This document shows, piece after piece, positions 48,001 to 57,407 of a DNA stretch of 64,000 nt (the stretch's first letter is position 1; each line of letters opens with the position of its first letter). This DNA is from Ascoidea asiatica JCM 7603 (taxonomy: Eukaryota; Fungi; Ascomycota): NCBI GenBank assembly GCA_001600695.1, contig BCKQ01000002.1:41275-105274 (forward strand). Reading direction: 5' to 3'. The notes under the pieces were generated by a model that saw nothing but the letters and a program-made list of their open reading frames with translations, was not told where the DNA came from and did not search any database. Position numbers and translations under genes: made by a program.

Positions 48001-49481
48001 GGGATGTCCAACCTTATATTGCATTAGGAAAAGGATTAATTAATGAAGGTCATAAAGTAAGAATTGCGACACATAAGGAATTTGAAAAAGTAGTTGTTGA
48101 TAATGGATTTGAATTCAAAGAAATTGCTGGAGATCCTACTAAACTTATGCATTTTATGGGAGAACATGGAGGTATTAGTGTTGGCTTTATACGTGACGCA
48201 AAACAATTATTTACTAGTTGGATCAATGAATTACTTAATTCATCATGGAAAGCATGCCAAGGAACAGATATTTTAATTGAATCACCTTCAGCAATGGCAG
48301 GAATTCATGTATCAGAAGCTTTAGGAATTCCATATTTTAGGGCGTTTACAATGCCATGGAGTCGAACAAGAGCATATCCTCATGCTTTTATTGTACCTGA
48401 ACAAAAAATGGGAGGAAGTTATAACTATTTAACTCATGTTATTTTTGAAAATGTATTTTGGAAAGGAATTGCAGGACAAGTTAATAAGTGGAGAAGAGAA
48501 ACATTAGGATTAGATAAAACAAATTTAGATCAGATGCAACAAAATAAAGTACCTTTTTTATATAATATATCTCCTACAGTTTTTCCTCCACCAGTTGATT
48601 TTTCAGATTGGGTCAGAGTTACAGGATACTGGTTTTTGAATGAAGGTATTGATTATAAACCTAATGAAAAATTAATTGAATTTTTAAACAAAGCTAAAAA
48701 AGATGAAAAAAAAGTTGTATATATTGGATTTGGATCTATAGTGGTTAATGACCCTAAAGAATTAACAGAAGCCATTGTAGGAGCAGTTCTAGATACAGAT
48801 ATAAGATGTATACTTAATAAAGGTTGGTCAGGAAGAACGTTAAAAGCAGAAGAAAAAACAGAATTACCAATAGAAATCTATGATTCAGGAAATATTCCCC
48901 ATGATTGGTTATTTGATAAAATAGATGCAGCAGTTCATCATGGAGGATCTGGAACTACTGGAGCTTCATTAAGAGCAGGTTTGCCAACCGTGATAAAACC
49001 ATTTTTTGGAGACCAATTTTTTTATGCAAATAGAGTTGAAGATATGGGAGTTGGTATTGGTTTGAAAAAATTGAATTCTAAAAGTTTGGCTAAAGCACTC
49101 AAAGAAGTAACTACAAATAAGAGAATAATAGAAAAAGCTAAAAGTATAGGAAAAAAAATAAAAAAAGAAAACGGAGTAGAAAATGCTATTGAAATAATAT
49201 ATAGTGAATTAGAATATGCTCGGCAATTGACATTATCAAAAGCTAAAAAAGACAAAGATATAGGTGAAAATAATATCTATAAAACAGTTTTTTTCAACAA
49301 GGATGGTTTGAGTGATTCTGAAGTGGAAATCTCCTCAACTACGGTTTCGAAGGATTTGAATGAATCTAGTAATAAAAACAATAAAGAAGATATTTCCAAA
49401 GATAGTAAAGAGAATAGCTTTGATGAAAGAAAAGCAAGTATTACTTCAGATGGATCAGAAGGATCCTGGCTTATGATTTGA
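45021..49481 (+). CDS. ATG26: Sterol 3-beta-glucosyltransferase (GRAM-PH-GRAM-glycosyltransferase)
   Basis: YSCWLLRDVLLQGHLYIT, DLYFP, TIGSRGDVQPYIALG, FTMPWSRTRAYPH, HHGGSGTTGASLRAG, KPFFGDQ. Confidence 0.97.
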   Translation: MSRDSISALKNFKPSSFSSSPSSLMPDQQNQIIADDTPHDNTYIEDNMDFIPSDNSSSVISTPLINQTQNQIMINNRSNYNKYNKYNKINKNNYDNKANIDTVSLDKDFDCARPAPNNMGKSLITILTAASMVVGIDNLSKSIHQSDKIIQSNQSKNSIQSNKQLNQTFIQNILNSKSESESEFESGSTSNSENEFNTEAKAEAEYPSQSQSQFQFQFKTETETEANNKKKFYGKNENLDINPTQKSVSKLSNFKNDSELSPFEISFINNYITNNNNNNNNNNNNNNNNNNNINKAKQKAKILSSKLKSTFNINSNDQFISDYSCWLLRDVLLQGHLYITKFYILFFAFLPKSSSESILLDGNLGIISNNPINSIKRNWCILKNYTLAIYNNSSDLYFPIQTIDLRYVIRVELSNSNFSEKKLDSNQLENSPCYFKILTESKIYKFQADNLFSARQWISALKKCIFTLRNKGDIVTIKLPLENLIDLEETPIFEGSETIRLKVLENSESFAIDDYFFMFFHNGNKVIDTINNALILNKLPKLSPKKRSKSSSKDILSQFIETRNKVISFSENNSKLDSLNLETVKEKLKAYKNKKDDILNNFDFSITNKESKKNNEFKYPSTFLNLTSFPSKLKNGLLFPKKIAPVEESIINFKDLSLDVNDANDINDFDENNDLLNLGFELDKEENYSTVNKNLETSPGQKQLLSNRFLNSSGIKALELINPKNIIKNMFNMGTLSNMSEMWSAGPSHYEEKNSLERGLEDRYFVNSEDERKIAIHRFQTHFSLSESETLVSSYYAHLQRNIPLYGKIYLGTNEMCFRSLLPGSNTKMILPYKDIENCFKEKGFRVGIGYSGLVVVIHGHEELFFEFSSTESRDDCEALLLKQFDFLKNSSPIKSIESIPKIHKIEDLKNKTEADLIQCPEDNFGCENEDNINLANSKLNDLEEARIKLYEDKIVAETGFDLPIIIEDSPFFKTDIKPIKSFHFTLLTIGSRGDVQPYIALGKGLINEGHKVRIATHKEFEKVVVDNGFEFKEIAGDPTKLMHFMGEHGGISVGFIRDAKQLFTSWINELLNSSWKACQGTDILIESPSAMAGIHVSEALGIPYFRAFTMPWSRTRAYPHAFIVPEQKMGGSYNYLTHVIFENVFWKGIAGQVNKWRRETLGLDKTNLDQMQQNKVPFLYNISPTVFPPPVDFSDWVRVTGYWFLNEGIDYKPNEKLIEFLNKAKKDEKKVVYIGFGSIVVNDPKELTEAIVGAVLDTDIRCILNKGWSGRTLKAEEKTELPIEIYDSGNIPHDWLFDKIDAAVHHGGSGTTGASLRAGLPTVIKPFFGDQFFYANRVEDMGVGIGLKKLNSKSLAKALKEVTTNKRIIEKAKSIGKKIKKENGVENAIEIIYSELEYARQLTLSKAKKDKDIGENNIYKTVFFNKDGLSDSEVEISSTTVSKDLNESSNKNNKEDISKDSKENSFDERKASITSDGSEGSWLMI

Positions 49482-50478
49482 TATTTTTTTGAAATCTTTA
49501 TTCTTTCACACACAAGCCTATGCTTCCCAGAAAAGACAGTCTCTGAGTGACTCTTTTAGTCAACCACTTCACTCAGTTTTAATCATCAACAACTACAACA
49601 GACTCTGTACATTATTTAATTTAATCAACATACAAAACACTTTCATGCTTTTTTTCTGGTCTGGATACCTGATATTTCCCCTTCAATTTCCACTTCAGTA
49701 TTATCCGCGTCCGGCGAACCGCGGCTGTCTGCGTTTGCACTGGCTCTGCGCGCGCTTGAATTCAAGTAAACTTTAACAAGAAGCCTGTGAATCACGGATT
49801 TGAATATTGTTTGAATTTCGAGTTCGATAACTTTACTTTCTGCAGCTTTCTCTGCTTTTTTATGTTTTATTTTTTATTTTTATCTTTATTTAATCAACTA
49901 CCTACTATCTACCACCTTTCTTTCAATTTATTGGAAGTCCATTCATCTAATACATTCTAGAAGTTCATAATCAATCCTTTATTCATAACAACATTTGTTA
50001 CTTTAGGATTTCAATTGCATATTCATCTGATTCTTTTGGGTTCTTCAAAGAATTTACTTCAAGGTAGATGACCCACATATTTTTTTTTTTTTTTTTAGAA
50101 TTATCATCATCATTATCTACAAAACTTCTTTAAATTTCAATCATTTTTCATTATAATCATTTAATAATAGCATTTGGAACTATCAATAGAATATTTGGAT
50201 TTATTCTCCCTGCATTATAAAGTTTTACTCCAATAAATTTAAATTCTTTCAAATTCCATTTTAAATAGTTCCGTCTGGGAATTTCTCCATAAAAAAATCT
50301 AATTTATTTCATCTTGTTACTGTTTTTTTTTTTTTTTAAATTATTTTTATATTCATTTTTTGAGAAACTCATTTTTTTTTATCATCTTTTCTTTTCATTT
50401 ATTTTGTTTTTTTTCTCTTCATATTATCATCCTTTTATTTCAATTCTATTTGAATCTAATTAAGAATTAAAAATTTCA

Positions 50479-51528
50479 ATGATTCCTTTACCATATGATC
50501 CTGCTTTATTAAGAGAGCATGCCTATTATGATACTGGGATTAAAAATCTTGTTTTACCACAAATATCAAATAATTATGATCCAAGAAAATTTTATTCAAT
50601 AACTGAAAAGGGTTTAGGTTATTTCAATTATATTTTTGAATATGATTATAATATAAATAATTTAAATCTAAAATTTGATTCAGATTCTCCATTAATTTTT
50701 CATTCAAATCCAATAACTTATCTTCTTTTAATATCTTTAGTTATATCAATTATATGGTTATTCAAAAATTTATATAATCTTTCTCCTTATAAAATCAATA
50801 ATAATAAAAATTTTCTAATTTTTTTTATATTCAATTTCAATTCATCAATTATAAAAAACACTCTCAATCGGTTCAATTCAATTATTGAAAGGATAAAAAA
50901 TATATGTATAAGTATTTCATCAAATCTAAACTCAACTTTAAATATAGATTCCAACTCCAATTCTAATTCTAATTCTAATTCTAATTCTAATTCTAATACT
51001 AATACTAATACTAATACTAATACTAATACTTATCTACAAATAAATCCATATAATAATTATATTTATAATCACAATCACAGTCATAATCATATTCATAAAC
51101 ATAATTCTTCATTAGATTCAATTGATGATTTCTCTATTAATTATAACTATTCTTATTCAACCCCTAATCATTCATATAACTTATCAACTGCTAGCTCAAT
51201 TGATATAAATAATGTTCCTGGTCTAACTCCAGGTTCCATTTCAGCTTCAGTCTTCAATTCTCCTGATTTAAATAATATTAATAATAATGAAAATAGCACT
51301 AAAAATATCACTAAAACTACTATTCAGAAGCATTTAAGCAACCCTATCTTACCTTTTCCACCATTTTTTTCAAATCATAAGAAGCAACAATCTTTATTTA
51401 TTCCTCAATCTATAAATTCAATAGATTCATTAAACTCTTTAAATTCTGTGAATTCAAGTTCTTCTTTGGAAACTAATTTCAAGAAAAATACTTCTCGTGT
51501 AAGATCTGCCACAATTCTTCCAATTTGA
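50479..51528 (+). CDS. Unknown single-pass membrane protein, paralog B (MIPLPYDP...)
   Basis: Shares MIPLPxDPxLLxEHAYYDT and ExGLGYFNY with 40540..41388; hydrophobic segment ITYLLLISLVISIIWLF; S/N/H-rich tail. Confidence 0.8.
   Translation: MIPLPYDPALLREHAYYDTGIKNLVLPQISNNYDPRKFYSITEKGLGYFNYIFEYDYNINNLNLKFDSDSPLIFHSNPITYLLLISLVISIIWLFKNLYNLSPYKINNNKNFLIFFIFNFNSSIIKNTLNRFNSIIERIKNICISISSNLNSTLNIDSNSNSNSNSNSNSNSNTNTNTNTNTNTYLQINPYNNYIYNHNHSHNHIHKHNSSLDSIDDFSINYNYSYSTPNHSYNLSTASSIDINNVPGLTPGSISASVFNSPDLNNINNNENSTKNITKTTIQKHLSNPILPFPPFFSNHKKQQSLFIPQSINSIDSLNSLNSVNSSSSLETNFKKNTSRVRSATILPI
50962..51030 (+). repeat. (TCTAAT)n(ACTAAT)n coding hexamer repeats (SN/TN tract)
   Basis: Read directly. 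Confidence 0.85.
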
Positions 51529-52546
51529 ATAATTCAATTTCAATGCAATATAATAATTATTTAAAAAATTTTGCACTATTCAATTCTTCCCTTTTCATTA
51601 TTTAAAATAATCTCATTTCCAATATCATATATTTATCTCCACAATTTAATTACTTTTTTTATCTAATTCATAATCATAAAAAAAAATTATATTTTTCAAA
51701 AGTTGCTTGAAGTTATTTTGGCTTTTTTTTGCTACTTTTTTTTTTCTCAACATACTTTGTCTTTACAAAGTTTACTTGAATTTATCAAAATCTCTTACAT
51801 TACTTTTTTTATTTATAAAAATATCTAGCATAATTTTCACAATTTTCATATCCATATTTAAAATTATTGTTTGATTTTAGACAAAAAAGACTCAATTTTT
51901 TTATTTTTTTTCTATTTCATAAAAATGTTAAAACCATCATAATATTACTTTAACTTTATAAATTTTATACTATACTATTGTATTCAATTCTTTTCTCATA
52001 CCTTTTTTTGCATTCTATTTTTTATAAAAAATTTCTTTATTGCATCAATTATATCTCCACATTTTAAAATAAAATTCTTTCTTAATAATATATCTACTTT
52101 TTATATGTATAAAATTCTGCATTAATACTTGTCGAAATTCATTTAAAATTGCTTAGCAATTATACCAATGTTTATTATAATTTTAAAAAATCGTTACTAA
52201 TAAAAAGAGAAATAAAATAAGTTTCGAAAAAGTCCACAAATCCTAAGGTTTGGTTGAGTTTTATGTGCATCCCAGTTCTTGTAAAAACTGTGAATGAAAC
52301 TGAATTACTAAACTGGCAATAAAAATAAGCGAATGGAAAATTAAAGCCGGAGAGAGAAAAAAACAAAACTAAATAAACCAAAAAAAAAAAATTAAAAAAA
52401 AACAAGACAAATTTAGCTCGATTATATATCACAATATTTTGATTGTTGATTTTTAATTGTAGCTGTGAGAATATACTATACTATACTATGGATGCAAGAA
52501 TGAGTTCAAGTTAGGTTAATTGGAAAAGGATAAAAACGAAAATAAG

Positions 52547-55186
52547 TTAATTTTCAAACATTTGAATTCTATTTTGTAATTTATTCACTGATCTTTTATT
52601 AGAAAGTGAGTCGTTAGAAGATTTAAGGGTTTCTTTTCTTGAATTTTCAAACTGACTCTTGATATTATTCACTTCTGGTAATTTTGAAGGGAGTTTTCTT
52701 CTCGATATACTTGAATTAAAAGATGGAGATGATAATGATGATGATGATGATTTTGAATTTTTTTGCTCAAATTGTTTTAATTTACTTGAAAGACTTCCAT
52801 TATTTTTAGTCAAGTTATCATTACTAGAGTTAAGGGGTAAAACATTACTTTTATTAAGCTTTTTATCAATTTGAATATTCAATTTTTTAGGATTATCCAA
52901 CTTTCCTGTTTTCATTAAATCTCTAGAATTTTCGCCATATAGTTTAGGTTTATAACTATTAGCTGGCAAACTTAGTACCTGACTTGGTTTATTTTCAATA
53001 ATAGAAAAATCATCTTCCGAATCACTAGCATCAGAAGCCTTCGGAGCATTTGGAAGTATGGTATTTGCTTTTAGTTGATTACCATTTCTTGTATCTGTAG
53101 GTGTCGAGAAATCATCAAATAGATCCAAGTCAGCAGAAAAACTATTTAGGGCATTTTCTAAAGAAGCCATATTATCAGTTTTATTCGAGGTTTCATTTAC
53201 AAAATTGATAGGGGTAGTATTTATGTTTGATTTATTAATCCTATTGGAATTAGCATTTACTGGATTGATTGAATCAGTGACAAAACTACTTATGGAAGTA
53301 TCATTTGAGGAAGGAGAAAATTGTTTGATTTGTTCGTGATCATTAGAGTTGAAAGTTGAAGCTGAAGTTACATTAGAGTCTGACTCACTGGGGCTACTAT
53401 TATTTAGGTCATTATGATTATTTAAATTATTATTGACTTTATTATTGCTATTATTATTACCAAGTAGATTATATCTTGGATTTGAATTTGATAAAGATCT
53501 ATTAACAGAAGTACCAGTTGTTACGTTAACTCTTGAATAACTTTCAGATCTTGATCTATTTACTTTAGAGGATATAGCACCCGATTGTTTTATGGGCAGT
53601 TCTATTGAAGTATTTGCAGACTGATTTAATAATTGATTTGATGGTTGACTATTTTGAAAATTTGAATTGTTACTAAAATAAACTAATCTTGATTTCATAG
53701 GTTTCGAATTCAGAGTTTTTCTATTCAAATTAAGAGTATCTGAGTGTTTCTTATTCGTGGGCGAAGATGAAGAACTATTATTATTAGAAGAAGCTGAAGA
53801 AGGTAAACGTAAAGCCTTTGTAGCAAAAGTTGATTCAGAAATAGTATTTGAGGGATTAACGAGAGATTTATTGATAATACTATTTGAGGAAGATATTGAT
53901 CTTTGTTTATGAAGCAGAGATTGAGGAATATGATTGTGTATGAATTCATTTGAAGATAAATTATTAATTTGATTTGAAGAGAATGAAGCATTATCAATTA
54001 CATTAAATTCATCGTTAAAATTAAAGCCGGTTCTACACCAAAATAGTTTTAACCTTAATCTTGTACATTCAATCCATGCTTTCTTTTTTGATAAGCTTAC
54101 ATTAGTTGTATCATTCATTGGTAATAATAAATCTTCACCCCATTGATTATTTGTATCGAAATTTAAAGATCGTAGAAATTGAAATAGTTCTGAAACCACA
54201 TTAATTTTATATAAACAATAATTACAAATTGGATATTTTGAAGGAGAGTTTGTATTTGAGGAAGGTATAATCAAATTACTTGATCTTTGATAAGCTTTTT
54301 TACTATTACTAAGATACTGAATATCATATTGTCTTGATTCTCCACAAAAAGTACAATCAGGAATAATAACATGTTCTTGAGAATCAGTTTGAATTTGAGT
54401 ATGAGATTGGGATTGAGATTGAGAATAAGAGTGAGACAGTAAATTGAAATCAGTAAATTGAGTTTTATTAAGGAAAATAGCATTTGTTACATTTCTTCTT
54501 TGTATCCATGAAATTCCAGGAGCAGAATCTAATCTTAAAGTTGGATCTATGTCATCAACCATTAATCTTTTATAAAATTTAGAATATAAAATAATATTAT
54601 TCGAAAGATTAATATCAGATTTATTAGAAATATCTAATTGGTTTGAATTATTAAAATCAATTAATAATTGATTGAAGTAATTGAATAATTTTAAATCATA
54701 AGTTATTGATTGAACAGCAGGAGAAAATAAAAGATTTGATATAAAGGTGGAATTTGAATTATTTTTTTCAAATTGATTTGAAATCTGATTTGAAAATTGA
54801 TTTTGGTTTCGTAATTGTTTTTGCATTGGACTCTGCATTTGATTTTGATTTTGATTTGAATTAGATAATAATTGTTTTAAATCTTGAAGTTGTTCTTGAT
54901 ATACTAATAATAAATTTTCCTTTTCAGATAATTGAGATTTTAAATCTTCTAAGTCATTTTTTAGATTTAGAGTAAATAATTTTTCATGCTTTAATTGAGT
55001 TGATAATAAAGCTTGATGATCAACAGAATTCATTAATTGTAAAGATAATTGAGTGATCTTATCAGATAAATAGTTTATATCATTGTTTGGATCATTATTT
55101 TTATTAGAAATTGGAGAATGACTATTACTATTTGAATTTTTGATATTTGACTCAGGTCTTTTACTTGCAGAATAGAAATAATTCAT
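52547..55186 (-). CDS. SEC2: Sec2-family Rab GEF homolog with apparently shortened GEF coiled coil
   Basis: SKFYKRLMVDDIDPTLRLDSAPGISWIQRR, CTFCGESR, YPICNYC and RLKLFWCRTG match the Sec2 central region; N-terminal LSLQLMNSVDHQ matches the Sec2 start. Confidence 0.8.
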   Translation of the reverse strand: MNYFYSASKRPESNIKNSNSNSHSPISNKNNDPNNDINYLSDKITQLSLQLMNSVDHQALLSTQLKHEKLFTLNLKNDLEDLKSQLSEKENLLLVYQEQLQDLKQLLSNSNQNQNQMQSPMQKQLRNQNQFSNQISNQFEKNNSNSTFISNLLFSPAVQSITYDLKLFNYFNQLLIDFNNSNQLDISNKSDINLSNNIILYSKFYKRLMVDDIDPTLRLDSAPGISWIQRRNVTNAIFLNKTQFTDFNLLSHSYSQSQSQSHTQIQTDSQEHVIIPDCTFCGESRQYDIQYLSNSKKAYQRSSNLIIPSSNTNSPSKYPICNYCLYKINVVSELFQFLRSLNFDTNNQWGEDLLLPMNDTTNVSLSKKKAWIECTRLRLKLFWCRTGFNFNDEFNVIDNASFSSNQINNLSSNEFIHNHIPQSLLHKQRSISSSNSIINKSLVNPSNTISESTFATKALRLPSSASSNNNSSSSSPTNKKHSDTLNLNRKTLNSKPMKSRLVYFSNNSNFQNSQPSNQLLNQSANTSIELPIKQSGAISSKVNRSRSESYSRVNVTTGTSVNRSLSNSNPRYNLLGNNNSNNKVNNNLNNHNDLNNSSPSESDSNVTSASTFNSNDHEQIKQFSPSSNDTSISSFVTDSINPVNANSNRINKSNINTTPINFVNETSNKTDNMASLENALNSFSADLDLFDDFSTPTDTRNGNQLKANTILPNAPKASDASDSEDDFSIIENKPSQVLSLPANSYKPKLYGENSRDLMKTGKLDNPKKLNIQIDKKLNKSNVLPLNSSNDNLTKNNGSLSSKLKQFEQKNSKSSSSSLSSPSFNSSISRRKLPSKLPEVNNIKSQFENSRKETLKSSNDSLSNKRSVNKLQNRIQMFEN

Positions 55187-56045
55187 TCTATGAAACTCAG
55201 ATTTCTTGAAAAAATTAAACGTATTAAAAGCACAAAAATAAACAAGAAAAAAATGAAAATATTCTATAGCAATAGGTAAATTATAGATATTTGAAAGAAT
55301 TGAAAAATTTGAGAATTTGATTTAACCTAGTTGAAAAAAAAAAAAAAAGAATTAAAACGATCAGTTATATACCGTGTAAAATATTATATTATAAATATGT
55401 TATAATCAAATTATAGATTAAAAAAAAGAATAGGAAATGTTATTAATTCATTAATAGATTAAAAGGAAATTCTTAAAATAAATTATTATTATATTTGTAA
55501 AAAAGATAGTGGAATTAAATTGAACAAGCCTTTATAAAGTGGAATTCTAGGATAAAAAATAATCAGGTATCAATAACCTTCAAAGGTACGTATTGAACAA
55601 TTTTAAATTGAACTTAATCTTTTTTTAATAAATATTCTTTTCAATATTCTTTTCTTTTCAATGTATTCATTTTATTACTAAAATATATGAGATTTATTTT
55701 GGTAGTGATTCTGAGTGTATTTAAATAGCCAAATTTTATATTGACACAGGACTTGCAGGACACGGCCTTTAGCGTACAAACCGGGATATTTTACTGCTTG
55801 AATAGAAATCCGGTAAATTTTAGTTTATTTAAAACACGTGATAGTTTCCGGAAAACTTTAAAAAGGGTTTTTTTTAAGACGATATTAAATTTAAGCAACT
55901 TGGTGTAAAACCAACAGCGCGGTACGGGTTCGAAGGAGTGAAACAATAAAGCTAGTCTATTAAGTAATATTGGATATACATTATAATTAAAGTAATTTTA
56001 GAACTACAATTTGATTTTGATGATTTAAGTTGTAGTGATTTATGA

Positions 56046-56981
56046 TTACCAGGCAGATGGAGCATTTCCTAAGAAACCAAAAGAACGTTCAACGTTCCAA
56101 TTTCCTAAGGTTTTCCATAATTCATTGTAGGCAGAAAAACCAACAACAGCATCACCAGCTTTTTCTGAGATTGATTTTAAAGCAGTAACTTGTTCTTCAA
56201 CACCAGGAACAGCATTATTATAGACATCACCAGCCCATGGCCAGCCAGATTCAAGAACAAGAACATCCAATTCATAACCAGTTGAATTACAGAAAGACCA
56301 AACAGATTGGATACGACCAATAACATAATCACCAGCTTCAGCTGCGGTTGAATTATCAAAATATGGATGAGCATTGACACCAATGTAATCATTGATTTGA
56401 CAAAGTTCAGGATATTCATAATAAATTGGAATGATATCAACATTTAAAATTTTACCATTATAAGAATAAGTATTAGTTAATAAATCTCTTGCTTGAGCAA
56501 CCATTGAAACGACTTGATCAATAGTATACCATTCATTATATAATAATTCATTACCGATTACAATTGAATGAACAGTATCATTTGATAAAGTTTTACCAGC
56601 GAGTTCTAAAGATGATATAATAGATTCAATATCAGCTTTGATTGCATCTTCAGAAGCAACATCGTTAATAGCTAAAATTAAAGTTTGATTATCACCTATA
56701 ACTTCAGCAGCATATTGAATAATGTTACAATCATTTGAATAAAGTCTTAAAAGTTCAAAATCAGTTAAGTATGATAAATCAGTTTTAATCTCCTCTTCAG
56801 TACGACAATTCTCGTATTGATCAAAAGGAGTGTATGTAGTTCCTTTGAATTTTGCAATATAATCAGGAATTGAAACATCTCTTTTTGCATAAGAAGATGT
56901 GAAAGAAGCAGCGCCAGAAAATTGACATAAAGAAGCTAATGAAGCTAATGAAGCAGAAGTTAAAAAAGAAGTGAATTTCAT
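56046..56981 (-). CDS. Secreted GH17 beta-1,3-glucanase/transglucosidase (Scw4/Scw10/Mp65-like)
   Basis: Signal peptide, KR Kex2-like site, TYTPF...C, LRLYSNDC, IGNE (acid/base), NAHPYFD, ESGWP (nucleophile). Confidence 0.9.
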   Translation of the reverse strand: MKFTSFLTSASLASLASLCQFSGAASFTSSYAKRDVSIPDYIAKFKGTTYTPFDQYENCRTEEEIKTDLSYLTDFELLRLYSNDCNIIQYAAEVIGDNQTLILAINDVASEDAIKADIESIISSLELAGKTLSNDTVHSIVIGNELLYNEWYTIDQVVSMVAQARDLLTNTYSYNGKILNVDIIPIYYEYPELCQINDYIGVNAHPYFDNSTAAEAGDYVIGRIQSVWSFCNSTGYELDVLVLESGWPWAGDVYNNAVPGVEEQVTALKSISEKAGDAVVGFSAYNELWKTLGNWNVERSFGFLGNAPSAW

Positions 56982-57394
56982 TTTTGTTAGTTTTGAAAGA
57001 ATGAAGAATATGCAATACCTGATATTAAAACGAATGAGAGGTCCTATTTTTTTTTTCTTTCCTTGTCTGGTTTATTAAAATATAAGAAGAAGAAAAAAAA
57101 GAAGAAGAAGAAAAGAAATATTAATAAATAAAAAGATATTAAATTTAAAGAATGAATTCTTATAAGTTTATTGTATTATTAACCTATTAAAATTTTTAGA
57201 GGTCTTCATCAGTACTGGATCATTCAACTTGAACTATTCAAGGCCATAATAACCATGAAGTTGTTAATAAACAACAAATAGAGCCCGCTTTTAGTTTTTT
57301 CATTTTTCACAACCGCACTTCTTTATACCAGCATTATGCTGCCGTAACATGAACCAGGGTGATTTAAGGATGTGTGCCATGCCGTGGTATGTAA

Positions 57395-57407
57395 AAACTG
57401 TGGCGCA
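57395..57407 (+). promoter_or_regulatory. Overlapping Met31/32-like (AAACTGTGGC) and Crz1-like (GTGGCGCA) motif
   Basis: Read directly in the divergent GH17/UFD1-like promoter island; the factor assignment is by consensus only. Confidence 0.3.

Noticed and set aside
40540-51528. Invertible (flip-flop) cassette bounded by the inverted paralogs
   Set aside because: Nucleotide similarity is short and interrupted by many substitutions, unlike the long near-identical inverted repeats of yeast flip-flop systems; no MAT genes are enclosed.
55925-55940. GGTTCGAA as a tRNA T-loop/B-box (also GGTTCG at 19239)
   Set aside because: Flanking bases do not form a T-stem or cloverleaf.
56982-56995. ACTAAC just upstream of the GH17 ATG as a branch point
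   Set aside because: No AG acceptor between it and the ATG; it reads as an ordinary A/C-rich leader.
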